A stretch of 64,000 nucleotides of DNA from Dehalococcoidia bacterium (GTDB lineage Bacteria; Chloroflexota; Dehalococcoidia; Plut-88900), in assembly GCA_965197585.1 (NCBI GenBank), contig OZ240215.1, positions 736,001 through 800,000 of the forward strand. Reading direction: 5' to 3'. The number at the start of each line of letters is the position of its first letter. The first letter of the stretch is position 1. Shown here one piece after another: positions 9,533-20,022 of the stretch. The position numbers and the translations under genes were made by a program. Below the pieces are notes generated by a model that was given only the letters and a program-made list of their open reading frames with translations, ran no database searches and had not been told where the DNA came from.

Positions 9533-10426
9533 TTGACCGTGAAGCAGACAGAAACCGTTGTTCGGCCAAGCTGGGTGTCAGACGAGATGTTCCCTTTCGA
9601 GAGTCGGTTCTTCACCACGAAAGAAGGACACTCGATGCACTACGTTGATGAAGGATCGGGGGAACCCGTCGTATTCGTGCACGGCAATCCGACCTGGTCC
9701 TTCGAGTTTCGGCACCTGATAAGCGGGCTCCGTTCCGAGTTCCGGTGTATTGCGCCGGACCATGTGGGATTCGGGCTGTCGTCACGCAGCAATCGCAAAG
9801 AGGACCACCATCCCACAGCCCATGCGGAACGGTTCGCGGAATTGATGGAAAAGCTGGACGTTCGGGACGCGACGCTCTTCATGTCGGACTGGGGAGGGCC
9901 TATAGGTCTCGACTTCGCGCGTCAGCATCCTGACAGAGTTAAGCGGATTGTGATTGCGAACACGTGGTGCTGGCCGGTGTCCCGCGACTTTCACTTCATA
10001 CAGTTCAGTTGTGCTATGCGGAGCTGGATCGGGCAGTTGCTGATCAAACAGTTCAATTTCTTTGTAACCAAGGTAATACCAAAGGCTGTCGGGAACAGGG
10101 CAATCCTTACGCCCGAAGTGATGTACCACTACCGTAACGCCCAACCGAAAGGCGCGCGCTTGGCTTGTGCGGCGCTTCCGGGTCATATAGTAGGTGCGTC
10201 TGACTTTCTCGGGTCGATTTGGGACGAACGCCGGACATTCGTGGACAAGCCTGCCCTGGTCTTTTGGGGTTTCCGGGACATCGCATTCCGGAAGAAAGAG
10301 TTTGAACGTTGGAAGTCGGAGCTTTCGGACTGCAAAGTGCACGAATTGGAAGACTGTGGGCATTTCCTCGCTGAAGAGGCGCCGGAGAGAATTTTGCCGC
10401 CGCTTCGGGAGTTCATGCTGAGATAA
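9533..10426 (+). CDS. alpha/beta hydrolase, haloalkane dehalogenase-like
   Basis: HGNPTWS, APDHVGFGLS, nucleophile SDWGG, C-terminal GHF. Confidence 0.85.
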   Translation: MTVKQTETVVRPSWVSDEMFPFESRFFTTKEGHSMHYVDEGSGEPVVFVHGNPTWSFEFRHLISGLRSEFRCIAPDHVGFGLSSRSNRKEDHHPTAHAERFAELMEKLDVRDATLFMSDWGGPIGLDFARQHPDRVKRIVIANTWCWPVSRDFHFIQFSCAMRSWIGQLLIKQFNFFVTKVIPKAVGNRAILTPEVMYHYRNAQPKGARLACAALPGHIVGASDFLGSIWDERRTFVDKPALVFWGFRDIAFRKKEFERWKSELSDCKVHELEDCGHFLAEEAPERILPPLREFMLR

Positions 10427-10460
10427 GAGGGCGTAAGGGAGGGGGCGGGGAATCGGACGT

Positions 10461-10490
10461 TTGATATGACTTTGGGGGTTAACCTATAAT
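10461..10490 (+). promoter_or_regulatory. putative aspS promoter
   Basis: TTGATA-N18-TATAAT. Confidence 0.5.
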
Positions 10491-10523
10491 CCCCCAGCTA
10501 ATGTTCAAGGTAGGTGAGAGACT

Positions 10524-12317
10524 TTGTTAAAGAGTGTCGGTTGTGGAGAGCTCAGGGCTACAGACACAGGTCGGGATGTAACGCTGGCGGGGTGGGTGCA
10601 TCGAAGGCGAGACCACGGTGGCCTGATATTCATCGACCTGAGAGACAGGTCGGGCATCGTGCAGGTAGTGCTCAATCCCAGGGAGTCTCCCGAGGCACAC
10701 GAAACTGGGACGCAGTTTCGCAATGAGTGGGTGGTACAGGTGAAGGGGCAGGTCGGGACTCGGCCCGCGGGCACTGAGAACCCCGATCTACCGACTGGGG
10801 AGATAGAGGTGAACGCTCGGGCGGTGCAAGTGCTCAACCCATCTTTGACTCCTCCCTTCTACGTCAATGAAGAAACGGAAGTAGAAGAAGGCCTCAGGCT
10901 CAAGCATCGATATCTGGACCTGAGAAGACAGAGACTCCAGCGCAACATCGCACTGAGGCACCGAGTCGTCAAATACATTCGGGACTACCTGGACGAAGAG
11001 GGTTTCCTCGAAATCGAGACGCCGGTATTGATAAAGAGCACGCCGGAAGGGGCACGGGACTACCTGGTGCCCAGCCGGGTACACCCTGGCACTTTCTACG
11101 CCCTGCCCCAGTCTCCCCAGCAGTTGAAACAGCTGCTTATGGTATCGGGGTTCGAGAAGTATTTTCAGATTGCCAGGTGCTTCCGAGACGAAGACCTGAG
11201 GGCCGACCGACAGCCGGAGTTCACCCAGCTGGACCTGGAGATGAGCTTTGTGGATGAGGACGACGTGCTGGGTCTCACCGAGGCCCTGTTTACGGGGCTC
11301 GCGGAGACCGTAACGCCGGAGAAGGGCCTGACAAAACCTTTCCCACGTCTGACCTATGCAGAATCTATGAGACGATACGGGACGGACAAACCAGACCTGC
11401 GCTTCGGGCTGGAGCTTGAAGAACTAACGGACGTGGTGAAGGACTCTGGGTTCAAGGTTTTTCAGTCGGTGGTTGCGAGCGGTGGGACGATAAAGGGGTT
11501 CCGGGCCCCTGGCTGCTCGGGTTACAGCCGCAGACAGCTTGATGCGCTGATAGAGTTCGCGAAGGAACGGGGGGCCAAGGGGCTGGTGACCATTGCACTG
11601 GAAGGGGCGCCGGACTCGGAGGGGAGGTGGGAGGCGGGTAACGTGAAGTCGGCTGTCACCCGATTTCTTTCAGAGGAGGAACTCAACGGGGTAATTCACG
11701 GTCTTAATGCAGAGACGGGTGACCTTGTAATGATTGTTGCGGGGGATGAAAAATCGACGAATGCGGCCCTGTCGGCGCTCAGGAATGAGATGGGGCAGAG
11801 GCTGGGACTAGCGGACCCGGAGGAGTTGGCCTTCATGTTCGTGGTGGACTTCCCATTGGTTGAATGGAACGACGACCAGGGCAGGTGGGACGCTACGCAC
11901 CATCCGTTCACCTCACCAAGGGAGGAAGACTTGGGGTTGATGGACACCGACCCCGGGTCGGTGCGGGCCCGGTGTTACGACATGGTGTGTAACGGACAAG
12001 AGGTGGCCAGCGGCAGCATCAGAATCCACGACCGAGGGCTACAACAGAAGGTATTCAAACTGCTGAACTATGACGAAGAGGAGGCCCAGGCGCGATTCGG
12101 CCACCTTTTGGAAGCGTTTGAGTACGGGGCACCGCCTCACGGAGGCATAGCCCCGGGGATCGACCGGCTTGTGGCTATACTCGCTGGAGAAGAGAGTATC
12201 CGCGAAGTCATAGCATTCCCGAAAAACCAGAGCGCGATAGATGTGATGACGGCCGCGCCGGCCCCCGTGAGCCTACAGCAACTCAAGGACTTGCATCTGC
12301 GGGTGACCGAGGATTGA
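10524..12317 (+). CDS. aspS: aspartyl-tRNA synthetase
   Basis: RRDHGGLIFIDLRD, ALPQSPQ, CFRDEDLRADRQPEFTQLD, PPHGGIAPGIDR. Confidence 0.97.
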   Translation: MLKSVGCGELRATDTGRDVTLAGWVHRRRDHGGLIFIDLRDRSGIVQVVLNPRESPEAHETGTQFRNEWVVQVKGQVGTRPAGTENPDLPTGEIEVNARAVQVLNPSLTPPFYVNEETEVEEGLRLKHRYLDLRRQRLQRNIALRHRVVKYIRDYLDEEGFLEIETPVLIKSTPEGARDYLVPSRVHPGTFYALPQSPQQLKQLLMVSGFEKYFQIARCFRDEDLRADRQPEFTQLDLEMSFVDEDDVLGLTEALFTGLAETVTPEKGLTKPFPRLTYAESMRRYGTDKPDLRFGLELEELTDVVKDSGFKVFQSVVASGGTIKGFRAPGCSGYSRRQLDALIEFAKERGAKGLVTIALEGAPDSEGRWEAGNVKSAVTRFLSEEELNGVIHGLNAETGDLVMIVAGDEKSTNAALSALRNEMGQRLGLADPEELAFMFVVDFPLVEWNDDQGRWDATHHPFTSPREEDLGLMDTDPGSVRARCYDMVCNGQEVASGSIRIHDRGLQQKVFKLLNYDEEEAQARFGHLLEAFEYGAPPHGGIAPGIDRLVAILAGEESIREVIAFPKNQSAIDVMTAAPAPVSLQQLKDLHLRVTED

Positions 12318-12403
12318 ATAAGCGCAAGTGTGCGGGCGTGGTGTGCTATACTTTTCACGAAGTCGAATCCAAATTTTCCCATTCCTAAGAGAGTTCTCTT
12401 CCC

Positions 12404-13759
12404 TTGAAAGTCACCACTGAAAAACTACCCAAAAGCCGCATGCTTCTCACCATTGAGGTCGAAGATGTGGAGCTCGAAAATTCGCTAAAGAAGACGTACA
12501 AAAGCCTGGCCCAGCGTGTTAGGGTCCCGGGGTTCAGGCCGGGCAAAACGCCTCGGGCAGTCCTGCAGAGCTTTGTCGGGAAGGACGCTGTCGTTCACGA
12601 GGCGATGCACGACCTGGCCCCAGAACTGGTGCAGAAGGCAATCAAGGAAGAGGGGTTGGACGCAATCGACACCCCTGAGGTGGATGTGGACACCGGGGAC
12701 ACGATGGTGATCAAGGCCACGGTGCCCCTGCCCCCCACGGTGGAATTGGGTGACTACAAGTCGATCAGAGTCAGTCAAGACCCCGTGGAAGTGAAGCCCG
12801 AACAGGTGGAGGAGGCCATGGAGTCGGTGAGGACGAGGAATGCGCCCTGGGAGCAGGTGGACAGGCCGGTGGAATACGGAGACCTTTTGACTATCGACGT
12901 GGATGGAAAAGTCGACGGCAAATCCGTCATAAACGAAACAGGCGCGTCTTATAGCCCTGACCCAGAAATAGCCTTTCCGGTGCCGGGTTTCTCCCCGATG
13001 CTGGAGGGTATGGTCAAAGGCGGATCGAAGGAGTTCAACCTGACGTTGCCGGACAGCTTCAGGGAGGCTGAAATAGCGGGTAAGGAATGCAGTTTCGCCG
13101 TTACGGTGCAAGAAGTGAAGGCTAAACTGCCTGCTCCGCTGGACGACGATTTCGTGAAGAGCCTGGATGAGGAGTACGAGACCCTGGATGACTTCAGGGC
13201 GAAGATGACGGAGGCGATGGGGGAACACGCGCAGGCTTTGTCGGACCGCAAGTTTGAAGAAGACCTCATGGAGGCCCTGAAAGGCACTGCCTCAATCGAG
13301 GCTCCTCCGATTCTCACGGAGAGAGAAATAGACCACATAATAATGGACGAGGCCCGGGCCCTTACGCAAAGTGGCCTGCAGTTCGAAAGCTATCTGAAAG
13401 CCATCGGGAAGACGCCGGAAGAACTGAGAGAGGACCGGAGGGAGTCGGCGGAGAACCGGGTTACGACGTCGCTTATCTTGAATCGGCTGGCGGAGGTGGA
13501 GGAAGTGGAATCAAGCGACGAGGAGATAGACGAGGAGATCAAACAAGCGGAAGAGCAGGCCGACGCTGCTGACCCGGAGGCAATACAACGCCTGCACAGC
13601 GACGAAGTTCGCTCAAACATCGGAAATCGGATCAGGCTGAGAAAAGCACTGGACCGTATGAAAGAAATCGCTCAACAGGGCCCGGCGCTCGTGGTAGCGG
13701 GGTCGGAGTCTTCTATCGAGAACCCTAACGAAAATGAGGAGAAAGATGCGACCGGATAA
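12404..13759 (+). CDS. tig: trigger factor
   Basis: VPGFRPGK signature; tig-clpP-clpX synteny. Confidence 0.95.
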   Translation: MKVTTEKLPKSRMLLTIEVEDVELENSLKKTYKSLAQRVRVPGFRPGKTPRAVLQSFVGKDAVVHEAMHDLAPELVQKAIKEEGLDAIDTPEVDVDTGDTMVIKATVPLPPTVELGDYKSIRVSQDPVEVKPEQVEEAMESVRTRNAPWEQVDRPVEYGDLLTIDVDGKVDGKSVINETGASYSPDPEIAFPVPGFSPMLEGMVKGGSKEFNLTLPDSFREAEIAGKECSFAVTVQEVKAKLPAPLDDDFVKSLDEEYETLDDFRAKMTEAMGEHAQALSDRKFEEDLMEALKGTASIEAPPILTEREIDHIIMDEARALTQSGLQFESYLKAIGKTPEELREDRRESAENRVTTSLILNRLAEVEEVESSDEEIDEEIKQAEEQADAADPEAIQRLHSDEVRSNIGNRIRLRKALDRMKEIAQQGPALVVAGSESSIENPNENEEKDATG

Positions 13760-14363
13760 CGTGATACCGATGATAATCGAGAGCGGCGCCCGAGGTGACA
13801 GGGCGTTCGACATATATTCACTTCTGCTGAAGGAGCGGATCGTATTCCTGGGGACACCCATCACAGATCACGTGGCAAACCTGATCGTGGCGCAGCTCTT
13901 GTACCTCGAACGTGAGGATCCTGACAAAGACATCAACCTGTACATCAACTCACCCGGCGGCGTGATAAGCGCAGGCCTGGCGATCTACGACACGATGCGG
14001 CTTGTGCAGTGCGACGTATCGACGATCTGCGTCGGTATGACGGCCAGCATGGGCACGGTACTGCTGAGCGGAGGAAAAGCGGGCAAGCGGTTCGCACTGC
14101 CCAATGCCACGGTACACATGCACCAGCCGATGGGTGGAGCCCAGGGACAAGCCTCTGACATTGAGATTGCTGCCAGGGAGATACTGCGACTGCAGGACAA
14201 GCTGAGGCGCATTCTGTCCGAAAACACGGGTCAGGACATCGAGAAGATTGCCAGGGACACCGACCGGGACATTTACCTGAGTGCGGAAGAGGCGAGGGAT
14301 TACGGGTTGGTGGACAAGGTTGTGGGAGCTGTAGAGGAGAGTAAGGACAAGAAGTCCGAGTAA
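13746..14363 (+). CDS. clpP: ATP-dependent Clp protease proteolytic subunit
   Basis: YINSPGG, ASMG, HQP, DTDRD; start set at MRPDNV after GAGGA RBS. Confidence 0.96.
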   Translation: MRPDNVIPMIIESGARGDRAFDIYSLLLKERIVFLGTPITDHVANLIVAQLLYLEREDPDKDINLYINSPGGVISAGLAIYDTMRLVQCDVSTICVGMTASMGTVLLSGGKAGKRFALPNATVHMHQPMGGAQGQASDIEIAAREILRLQDKLRRILSENTGQDIEKIARDTDRDIYLSAEEARDYGLVDKVVGAVEESKDKKSE

Positions 14364-14392
14364 GCGGGGCCACGGGCCCGGACTGAGGCCAC

Positions 14393-15724
14393 ATGCCCGA
14401 CGACAGGGACGCAAGAACAAGATACGCCTGCTCCTTCTGCTCCAAGAGCCCGCCGGACGTCAAAAAACTGATAGGTGGGCAGGAGCAGACCTACATCTGC
14501 GACAACTGCGTCGCGCTTTGTCAACAGCTGATAGACGAGGACCAGGTTTCGCCAGACGATGGCTTGGGTCTCGACCAGCTTCCGACTCCAAGAGAGCTCT
14601 ACGAAAAGCTCAGCGAGTATGTAGTTGGACAGGCGCGGGCGAAGAAAGTTCTTAGCGTAGCCGTTTACAACCATTACAAACGCATCAATAACAGCAGGGG
14701 CCCGGATGGGGACGTGGAGCTGGACAAGACCAACATCCTGCTGGTGGGCCCCACGGGATGCGGCAAGACCCTTCTGGCCCAGACCCTCGCCAAGATCCTG
14801 AAGGTCCCCTTCGCCATTGCGGATGCAACTACGCTGACGGAGGCCGGTTACGTCGGGGAGGACGTGGAGAACATTCTTCTTCGCATTATCCAGGCGGCGG
14901 AGTATGACGTGAATCGGGCGCAGCGGGGCATCATATATATCGATGAGATAGACAAGATTTCGCGCAAGAGCGCCAATCCCTCGATAACAAGAGACGTGTC
15001 GGGGGAGGGGGTCCAGCAGGCGCTGCTGAAGGTCATTGAAGGGTGTGTAGCTAACGTCCCGCCTCAAGGCGGCCGCAAACACCCGCACCAGGAATATATC
15101 CAGCTGGATACGTCCAACATACTATTCATATGCGGTGGCGCCTTTGACGGGCTGGATGAGTTGATTGAGCAGCGGGTCAACAAAGATGTAGTGAGCATCG
15201 GATTCAACTCGGTTACGGGGCGCGGGCTGAAGGGCTCGGAAGAGATACTGAACCTCGTGGAGCCCGAGGACCTGCTGAAATACGGGTTGATCCCGGAACT
15301 GATAGGCAGACTGCCAGTGATGGCGGCGGTCGGGGCCCTGGATCGGGAGTCATTGATCACGGTGCTGACCCAGCCGAAGAACGCGCTGGTGAAGCAGTAT
15401 CATCGTATTTTCGAACTGGACGGGGTGGACCTGGAATTCACCGATGCGGCCCTGGAACGGGCAGCGGACATGGCCGTCAAACTGAAGACCGGGGCTCGGG
15501 GATTGCGGTCGATACTGGAAGAGGCGTTGATGGAGGCCATGTACCAGGCGCCCTCGATTGATAATGTCGAAAAGTGCTACGTTGATGAAAAGGCGATAGC
15601 CGGGGAACGACCACCCTTGCTGCTCACCTCCGACGGCAAGACTGTGGAAGTGATGCCGGACTTGGACGAGGCCCCGACCAACCTGCGCCTGGACGCGCCG
15701 CCAGAGATAGAGAAGACCGCTTAA
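14393..15724 (+). CDS. clpX: Clp protease ATP-binding subunit ClpX
   Basis: CSFC Zn finger, [31 protein letters not shown] loop. Confidence 0.97.
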   Translation: MPDDRDARTRYACSFCSKSPPDVKKLIGGQEQTYICDNCVALCQQLIDEDQVSPDDGLGLDQLPTPRELYEKLSEYVVGQARAKKVLSVAVYNHYKRINNSRGPDGDVELDKTNILLVGPTGCGKTLLAQTLAKILKVPFAIADATTLTEAGYVGEDVENILLRIIQAAEYDVNRAQRGIIYIDEIDKISRKSANPSITRDVSGEGVQQALLKVIEGCVANVPPQGGRKHPHQEYIQLDTSNILFICGGAFDGLDELIEQRVNKDVVSIGFNSVTGRGLKGSEEILNLVEPEDLLKYGLIPELIGRLPVMAAVGALDRESLITVLTQPKNALVKQYHRIFELDGVDLEFTDAALERAADMAVKLKTGARGLRSILEEALMEAMYQAPSIDNVEKCYVDEKAIAGERPPLLLTSDGKTVEVMPDLDEAPTNLRLDAPPEIEKTA

Positions 15725-15743
15725 GACACCCGGGGGACGGAAT

Positions 15744-16544
15744 ATGAGCGAAGACATAAAGTCCCACTTGTTGGTTGAGAAGAAAGGGCGTATAGCCTAC
15801 GTGACCCTGAACCGGCCAGAGGTCTTGAATGCGCTGACTGAGGCGCACTGGCAACAGTTGGCCAATACATGGAGAGCCCTGGACGACGATCCCGACGTGT
15901 GGGTGATCATCATCACGGGGTCGGGGGAGCGGGCGTTCTGCACTGGGCAGGACCTAAAGGACGTGGCGAAGGAAGGGCCGGAAGCTTGGAGAGGGGCATA
16001 CTCGGTGGAGAATCCACCGGGTATGCCGAACATGTACGAGATGTACACCGGAACCCCGGCCATCGCTGCGATAAACGGTTTCTGTATAGCAGGAGGGCTG
16101 GAGATCGCGCTCAGCTGCGACATAAGGGTGGCGGCAGAGCATGCGCAGTTCGGCCTGCAGGAAGTGCGGTGGGGAATCATTCCCAGCGGTGGTGGAGTAG
16201 ACAGGCTGCCGAGGGCGATGCCCATGTGCATAGCAATGGAGTTGCTGCTCACGGGGGGAAGGATCGACGCGCAAGAGGCGCACAGGACGGGCCTGATCAA
16301 CAGGGTAGTTGCGGCGGACCAGGTGATGTCGACGGCGGAGGAGATTGCGGAAAAGATATGCCGGAACGGGCCTCTGGCTGTGCGGGCCATCAAGGAATCC
16401 GTTCAGCGAGGATACAACCTGACGCTTCCGCAGGCCTTCCAATTCGAAAAGGTGTTCAGCACTCTACTGGGCACCACGGAAGACGCAGTAGAAGGGCCTC
16501 TGGCCTTTTCCGAAAAGCGGCAGCCGGAGTTCAAGAGCAGGTAG
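15744..16544 (+). CDS. enoyl-CoA hydratase/isomerase family protein
   Basis: LNRPEVLNAL, AFCTGQDL, AGGLEIAL, FGLQE. Confidence 0.92.
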   Translation: MSEDIKSHLLVEKKGRIAYVTLNRPEVLNALTEAHWQQLANTWRALDDDPDVWVIIITGSGERAFCTGQDLKDVAKEGPEAWRGAYSVENPPGMPNMYEMYTGTPAIAAINGFCIAGGLEIALSCDIRVAAEHAQFGLQEVRWGIIPSGGGVDRLPRAMPMCIAMELLLTGGRIDAQEAHRTGLINRVVAADQVMSTAEEIAEKICRNGPLAVRAIKESVQRGYNLTLPQAFQFEKVFSTLLGTTEDAVEGPLAFSEKRQPEFKSR

Positions 16545-16598
16545 TCGGGGGCTCACCGGATGCCCGCAAGGAATTAGTACGTTGTCCCGGAGGGACCC

Positions 16599-17384
16599 AT
16601 GCCGCAGGTAATTTTCGAAAAAAAGGACCGGATAGCGTACCTCACCATCAACAGGCCGGAGAAGATGAATGCCCTGAACGCTGAGGTGGTGAACGGCCTG
16701 AACTCAGCCTGGCACGACATAGAGAACGATACGGATGTCTGGTGCACTATCGTGACAGGGGCGGGGGGAAGGGCGTTCTCGGCGGGCGCGGACCTGAAGG
16801 AGATGTCGGACAGGAGGAGGGGAGAGGGCAGAGGCGAGGGACTGCTGGCCGAGGTTCGGTCCATGGGGTTCTGGCGAACGAGCGACCTGACAAAACCGGT
16901 CATCGCAGCTGTGGACGGCTACTGCCTTGCCGGGGGCCTGGAACTGGCCTTGGCGTGTGACTTCATTATCGCTTCGGACAGGTCGCACTTTGGGCTTTCG
17001 GAAGTTCTCAGGGCGATCATTCCCGGGGGTGGGGGGACGCAGAGGCTGCCTCGGGCGATACCCTTTCGTAGGGCGCTGGAGGTGCTGTTGACCGGCGATC
17101 GACTCAACGCTCAGCAGGCCTACGACCTGGGTCTCGTGAACCGGGTGGTGAATCCCGAAGATGTGATGTCCACCGCCGAGGAGCTTGCAAACAAGATCAA
17201 CGCGAATGGGCCACTGGCGGTGCGGGCAATAAAGCAGCTGGCCTACCAGGGCATGGACATGCCTTTGGAGCAGGGGCTCCGGTTAGAGGAGCTGGTGTCG
17301 CAGCGGATCCACAAGACGGAGGACTCGAAGGAAGGACCTCTGGCGTTTGTGGAGAAGAGGAAGCCGAACTACAAGGGCCGGTAG
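16599..17384 (+). CDS. enoyl-CoA hydratase/isomerase family protein
   Basis: INRPEKMNAL, AFSAGADL, AGGLELAL, GGGTQRLPR. Confidence 0.92.
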   Translation: MPQVIFEKKDRIAYLTINRPEKMNALNAEVVNGLNSAWHDIENDTDVWCTIVTGAGGRAFSAGADLKEMSDRRRGEGRGEGLLAEVRSMGFWRTSDLTKPVIAAVDGYCLAGGLELALACDFIIASDRSHFGLSEVLRAIIPGGGGTQRLPRAIPFRRALEVLLTGDRLNAQQAYDLGLVNRVVNPEDVMSTAEELANKINANGPLAVRAIKQLAYQGMDMPLEQGLRLEELVSQRIHKTEDSKEGPLAFVEKRKPNYKGR

Positions 17385-17398
17385 GGTACACGCCGCCC

Positions 17399-17588
17399 CG
17401 CTCATACTTCGACGGGCCTATCACGAGCGAATAGTTCCGTTTGTTACTACTCTTCTGATGCCTTGACCCATTCTCACACCGCTCATACTGAGCCAAGTCG
17501 AAGGGTTGAGCGAAGCACGGCAACCCTTGTCGCTTCAATGGACCTTCCCCTCACCCCGCTCATACTTCGAGGGCCTCAGCACGAGCGG
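17399..17588. repeat. cluster of three REP-like imperfect palindromes
   Basis: CGCTCATACT...GAGCG units at 17399-17429, 17480-17512 and 17556-17588, between convergent genes. Confidence 0.7.
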
Positions 17589-17645
17589 CCCCGCACCAGG
17601 ATTGGATTCTTTGGTCAAGGCCGAGAATGACGTGGAGTAGAAGCG

Positions 17646-18422
17646 CTAGGATTGCTTGATTGCAGACTCTATTTGAGGGGTGAGGTCTTGGGGTGGGGAG
17701 GGGTTGTGTGGCGTGGTTTGGATTTCGCCGCGGGAGAGGGCGGCCAGGGTCTCGACCAGAAGGGGGAGTTCCCTTTTCACGCCTTCGCTGCGTATTGCTT
17801 TGAAGAGGGGCGATTCTTCGCCGTAACGCTGGCGAATGTTGTCGAGGGAAGTTTGGGCTGCTTCTCTCCAGAGATCATCAAAGGCTGAGCCGCGGATGGG
17901 GTAGCGGCAGTAGGCGATGGTCGGGCCTTGGTCTAATTCCTCGGTGACTAGGTGAATTTTGACGCCACTGTAGTCTGTGCGCTGCTTGATTAGCTGCCAG
18001 ATGACATCCTGCCACGTTCCGTCGGGGCCGTTGGGGGCGGCGGGGTGGAGGTTGATCATTGGGAATTCTCGGCACAAGGCTGGGCTTACGATAAGCATGT
18101 AGCCGGCGAGGACGCAGAGGTCGGGTGAGAAGGGGGAGATTAGATCGGCGACTTCTCTGTCGTAGGCGGTGCGCCATTGTGTCGGGTCGCCAGTCCATTG
18201 GCGGCGAAATGCCCTCGAAGACCGGTGGATGACGGTGAGGCCGAGGGATTTAGCCAGGGCGAAGAATTGGTCGCTACCATCAGCCTCGCCCGGGGCCCGG
18301 TTGCTGAAGACGAAGCTGATTGTGGCCTGGATTCGGCCGCCGGTTATGGCTTCGTGGACGGTGGATAGGAGGGCGCGGGACCCGGGGCCGCGGCCCGTGG
18401 AGAACCAGCCGAGGTTGATCAT
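17646..18422 (-). CDS. purN: phosphoribosylglycinamide formyltransferase
   Basis: VLAGYMLI, INLHPA, HLVTEELDQGP. Confidence 0.85.
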   Translation of the reverse strand: MINLGWFSTGRGPGSRALLSTVHEAITGGRIQATISFVFSNRAPGEADGSDQFFALAKSLGLTVIHRSSRAFRRQWTGDPTQWRTAYDREVADLISPFSPDLCVLAGYMLIVSPALCREFPMINLHPAAPNGPDGTWQDVIWQLIKQRTDYSGVKIHLVTEELDQGPTIAYCRYPIRGSAFDDLWREAAQTSLDNIRQRYGEESPLFKAIRSEGVKRELPLLVETLAALSRGEIQTTPHNPSPPQDLTPQIESAIKQS

Positions 18423-18441
18423 AGGGCCGAGGGGGTCGAGG

Positions 18442-18750
18442 CTAACCTAGGACTTCGCTGACTATGGCGACGGGCATGCCGGGCGAGTAGTAGTTGGGTA
18501 CGTCGCCAATGACCTTGGGAACTGTGGTGTCGTTCATGCCAGCGAGACGCTTTTCCTCGCTTTCGAAGTAGAGGTAGCCGATGCAGTGGATGGGGGAGTC
18601 GCTGCCGTCGGCGCCGCTGACAACGTTGTCCACGTCCCACTTGAATGCACCGAACTCGGCGGCGGCCATGGGCATGTGGGACTTGATGTAGTAATCGAGG
18701 TCGAAGGTGCTGTCTTCAGTCTTGTTATAGATGATCGCCATCCGGATCAT
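18442..18750 (-). CDS. EthD-family reductase/dimeric barrel protein
   Basis: FDLDYYIKSHMP and GDVPNY patterns. Confidence 0.75.
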   Translation of the reverse strand: MIRMAIIYNKTEDSTFDLDYYIKSHMPMAAAEFGAFKWDVDNVVSGADGSDSPIHCIGYLYFESEEKRLAGMNDTTVPKVIGDVPNYYSPGMPVAIVSEVLG

Positions 18751-18786
18751 GGTAGCCGCCTTTCCTGTATGGGTCGTTAGGAAGAG

Positions 18787-19425
18787 CTATTCCCAAATCT
18801 CGACTTTGAGGCGCTTGTTGCCCTGTTCGTCGCCGTCACCGTTGACGAAGGAGACGTCGCCGGCGGGGCAGGCGGAGAGGCCGACTAAGCAGTCCATCTC
18901 CGCGCGCATGTCGATGTAGCCGCCCTTGCCTGCGGCGGGGGCGTGGATGTGGTATCGACCTTCCTGGTCGTAGGTGACATTCATGAACATGTTGAAGACG
19001 TCGGGTACGTCCTCGGGGGTGATGCCGTGGGGCTCTAGGGCCTCCACGAGGTTGCCAAAGCAGCTACGGTGTCCGCCCTCTATGTTCCACACCTCGTATC
19101 GCTGGGGGGTGCACTTGGCCCCAATCATGGTCCAATGTAAGCCGACTGTGTCCTCGACGGTGGTGAACATAACGTTGAGGTGAGGGGGTCGGGAGTAGAA
19201 GTCCCGTACGCCATTGATTCCACCCGTGCCCTTGGCGCTGTTCATGACGAAGGTGTGGGACGAGTCGTAGTGCTCCTTGAAATTGTTGGCGTTGAAGGCC
19301 GTCCAGTCGCCGACCTGGGGGCCATCGATCATTATGACCCGCTGGATTTGACCCTTCTTCACATAGTAGGCGGCACCGTACTCTGCCGGAATCATTATCT
19401 CCTGGACCAGCTTACGTCCTTCCAT
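18787..19425 (-). CDS. urea carboxylase-associated (DUF1989) family protein
   Basis: GPQVGD, HRSCFGNL, FNMFMNV, LSACP. Confidence 0.8.
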   Translation of the reverse strand: MEGRKLVQEIMIPAEYGAAYYVKKGQIQRVIMIDGPQVGDWTAFNANNFKEHYDSSHTFVMNSAKGTGGINGVRDFYSRPPHLNVMFTTVEDTVGLHWTMIGAKCTPQRYEVWNIEGGHRSCFGNLVEALEPHGITPEDVPDVFNMFMNVTYDQEGRYHIHAPAAGKGGYIDMRAEMDCLVGLSACPAGDVSFVNGDGDEQGNKRLKVEIWE

Positions 19426-19455
19426 GTCTGCTCCTCCCCTGCCGGATTCTGTTTC

Positions 19456-20013
19456 CTAGACCCGCTCCTGATATTCGCCGGTGCGGGTGTCTACCTTAAT
19501 GGTGTCATCTTCGTTGACGAATAGCGGGACGTTGACGGTTAGGCCCGTTTCGAGGGTGGCGGGCTTGGTGCCGCCCTGGGCGGTGTCACCCTTGTAGCCG
19601 GGATCGGTCTCGGTGACGCGGAGGTCGACGGTGGTGGGCAGTTCGACGCCAATGGGAACTTCACCGTGGAGAATAAGATCGAGAGTCATTCCTTCAAGGA
19701 GGTAGCCCACGACATCCTCGACGAGCTCATGGGAGACGGGTGACTGCTCGAAGGTGTCGGTGTACATGAAATAGAAGAGGTCACCGTCACGGTATAGGAA
19801 CTGGGCCTCCTGCCGTTCGAGCCGTGCGACGGCGAAGCGTTCTCCGGCCTGGAAGGTGCGTTCGATGGTGTGGCCTTCGGTGATGTTGCGTATCTTCATC
19901 CTGACCTGGGCCGAGCCTCGGGCGATCTTGATGTGCTTGAGCATAAGAATCTTGTAGAGGCTGCCATCGAGCTCTATGGTCATGCCCTTCTTGATAGCTC
20001 CGGTCTCAATCAT
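19456..20013 (-). CDS. efp: elongation factor P
   Basis: PGYKGDT, KPATLETG, VPLFV, VDTRTGEY. Confidence 0.96.
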   Translation of the reverse strand: MIETGAIKKGMTIELDGSLYKILMLKHIKIARGSAQVRMKIRNITEGHTIERTFQAGERFAVARLERQEAQFLYRDGDLFYFMYTDTFEQSPVSHELVEDVVGYLLEGMTLDLILHGEVPIGVELPTTVDLRVTETDPGYKGDTAQGGTKPATLETGLTVNVPLFVNEDDTIKVDTRTGEYQERV

Positions 20014-20022
20014 GAACGCACC

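Noticed and set aside
17399-17588. Mini CRISPR array
   Set aside because: Units are degenerate and alternate in internal orientation; no cas genes are present.
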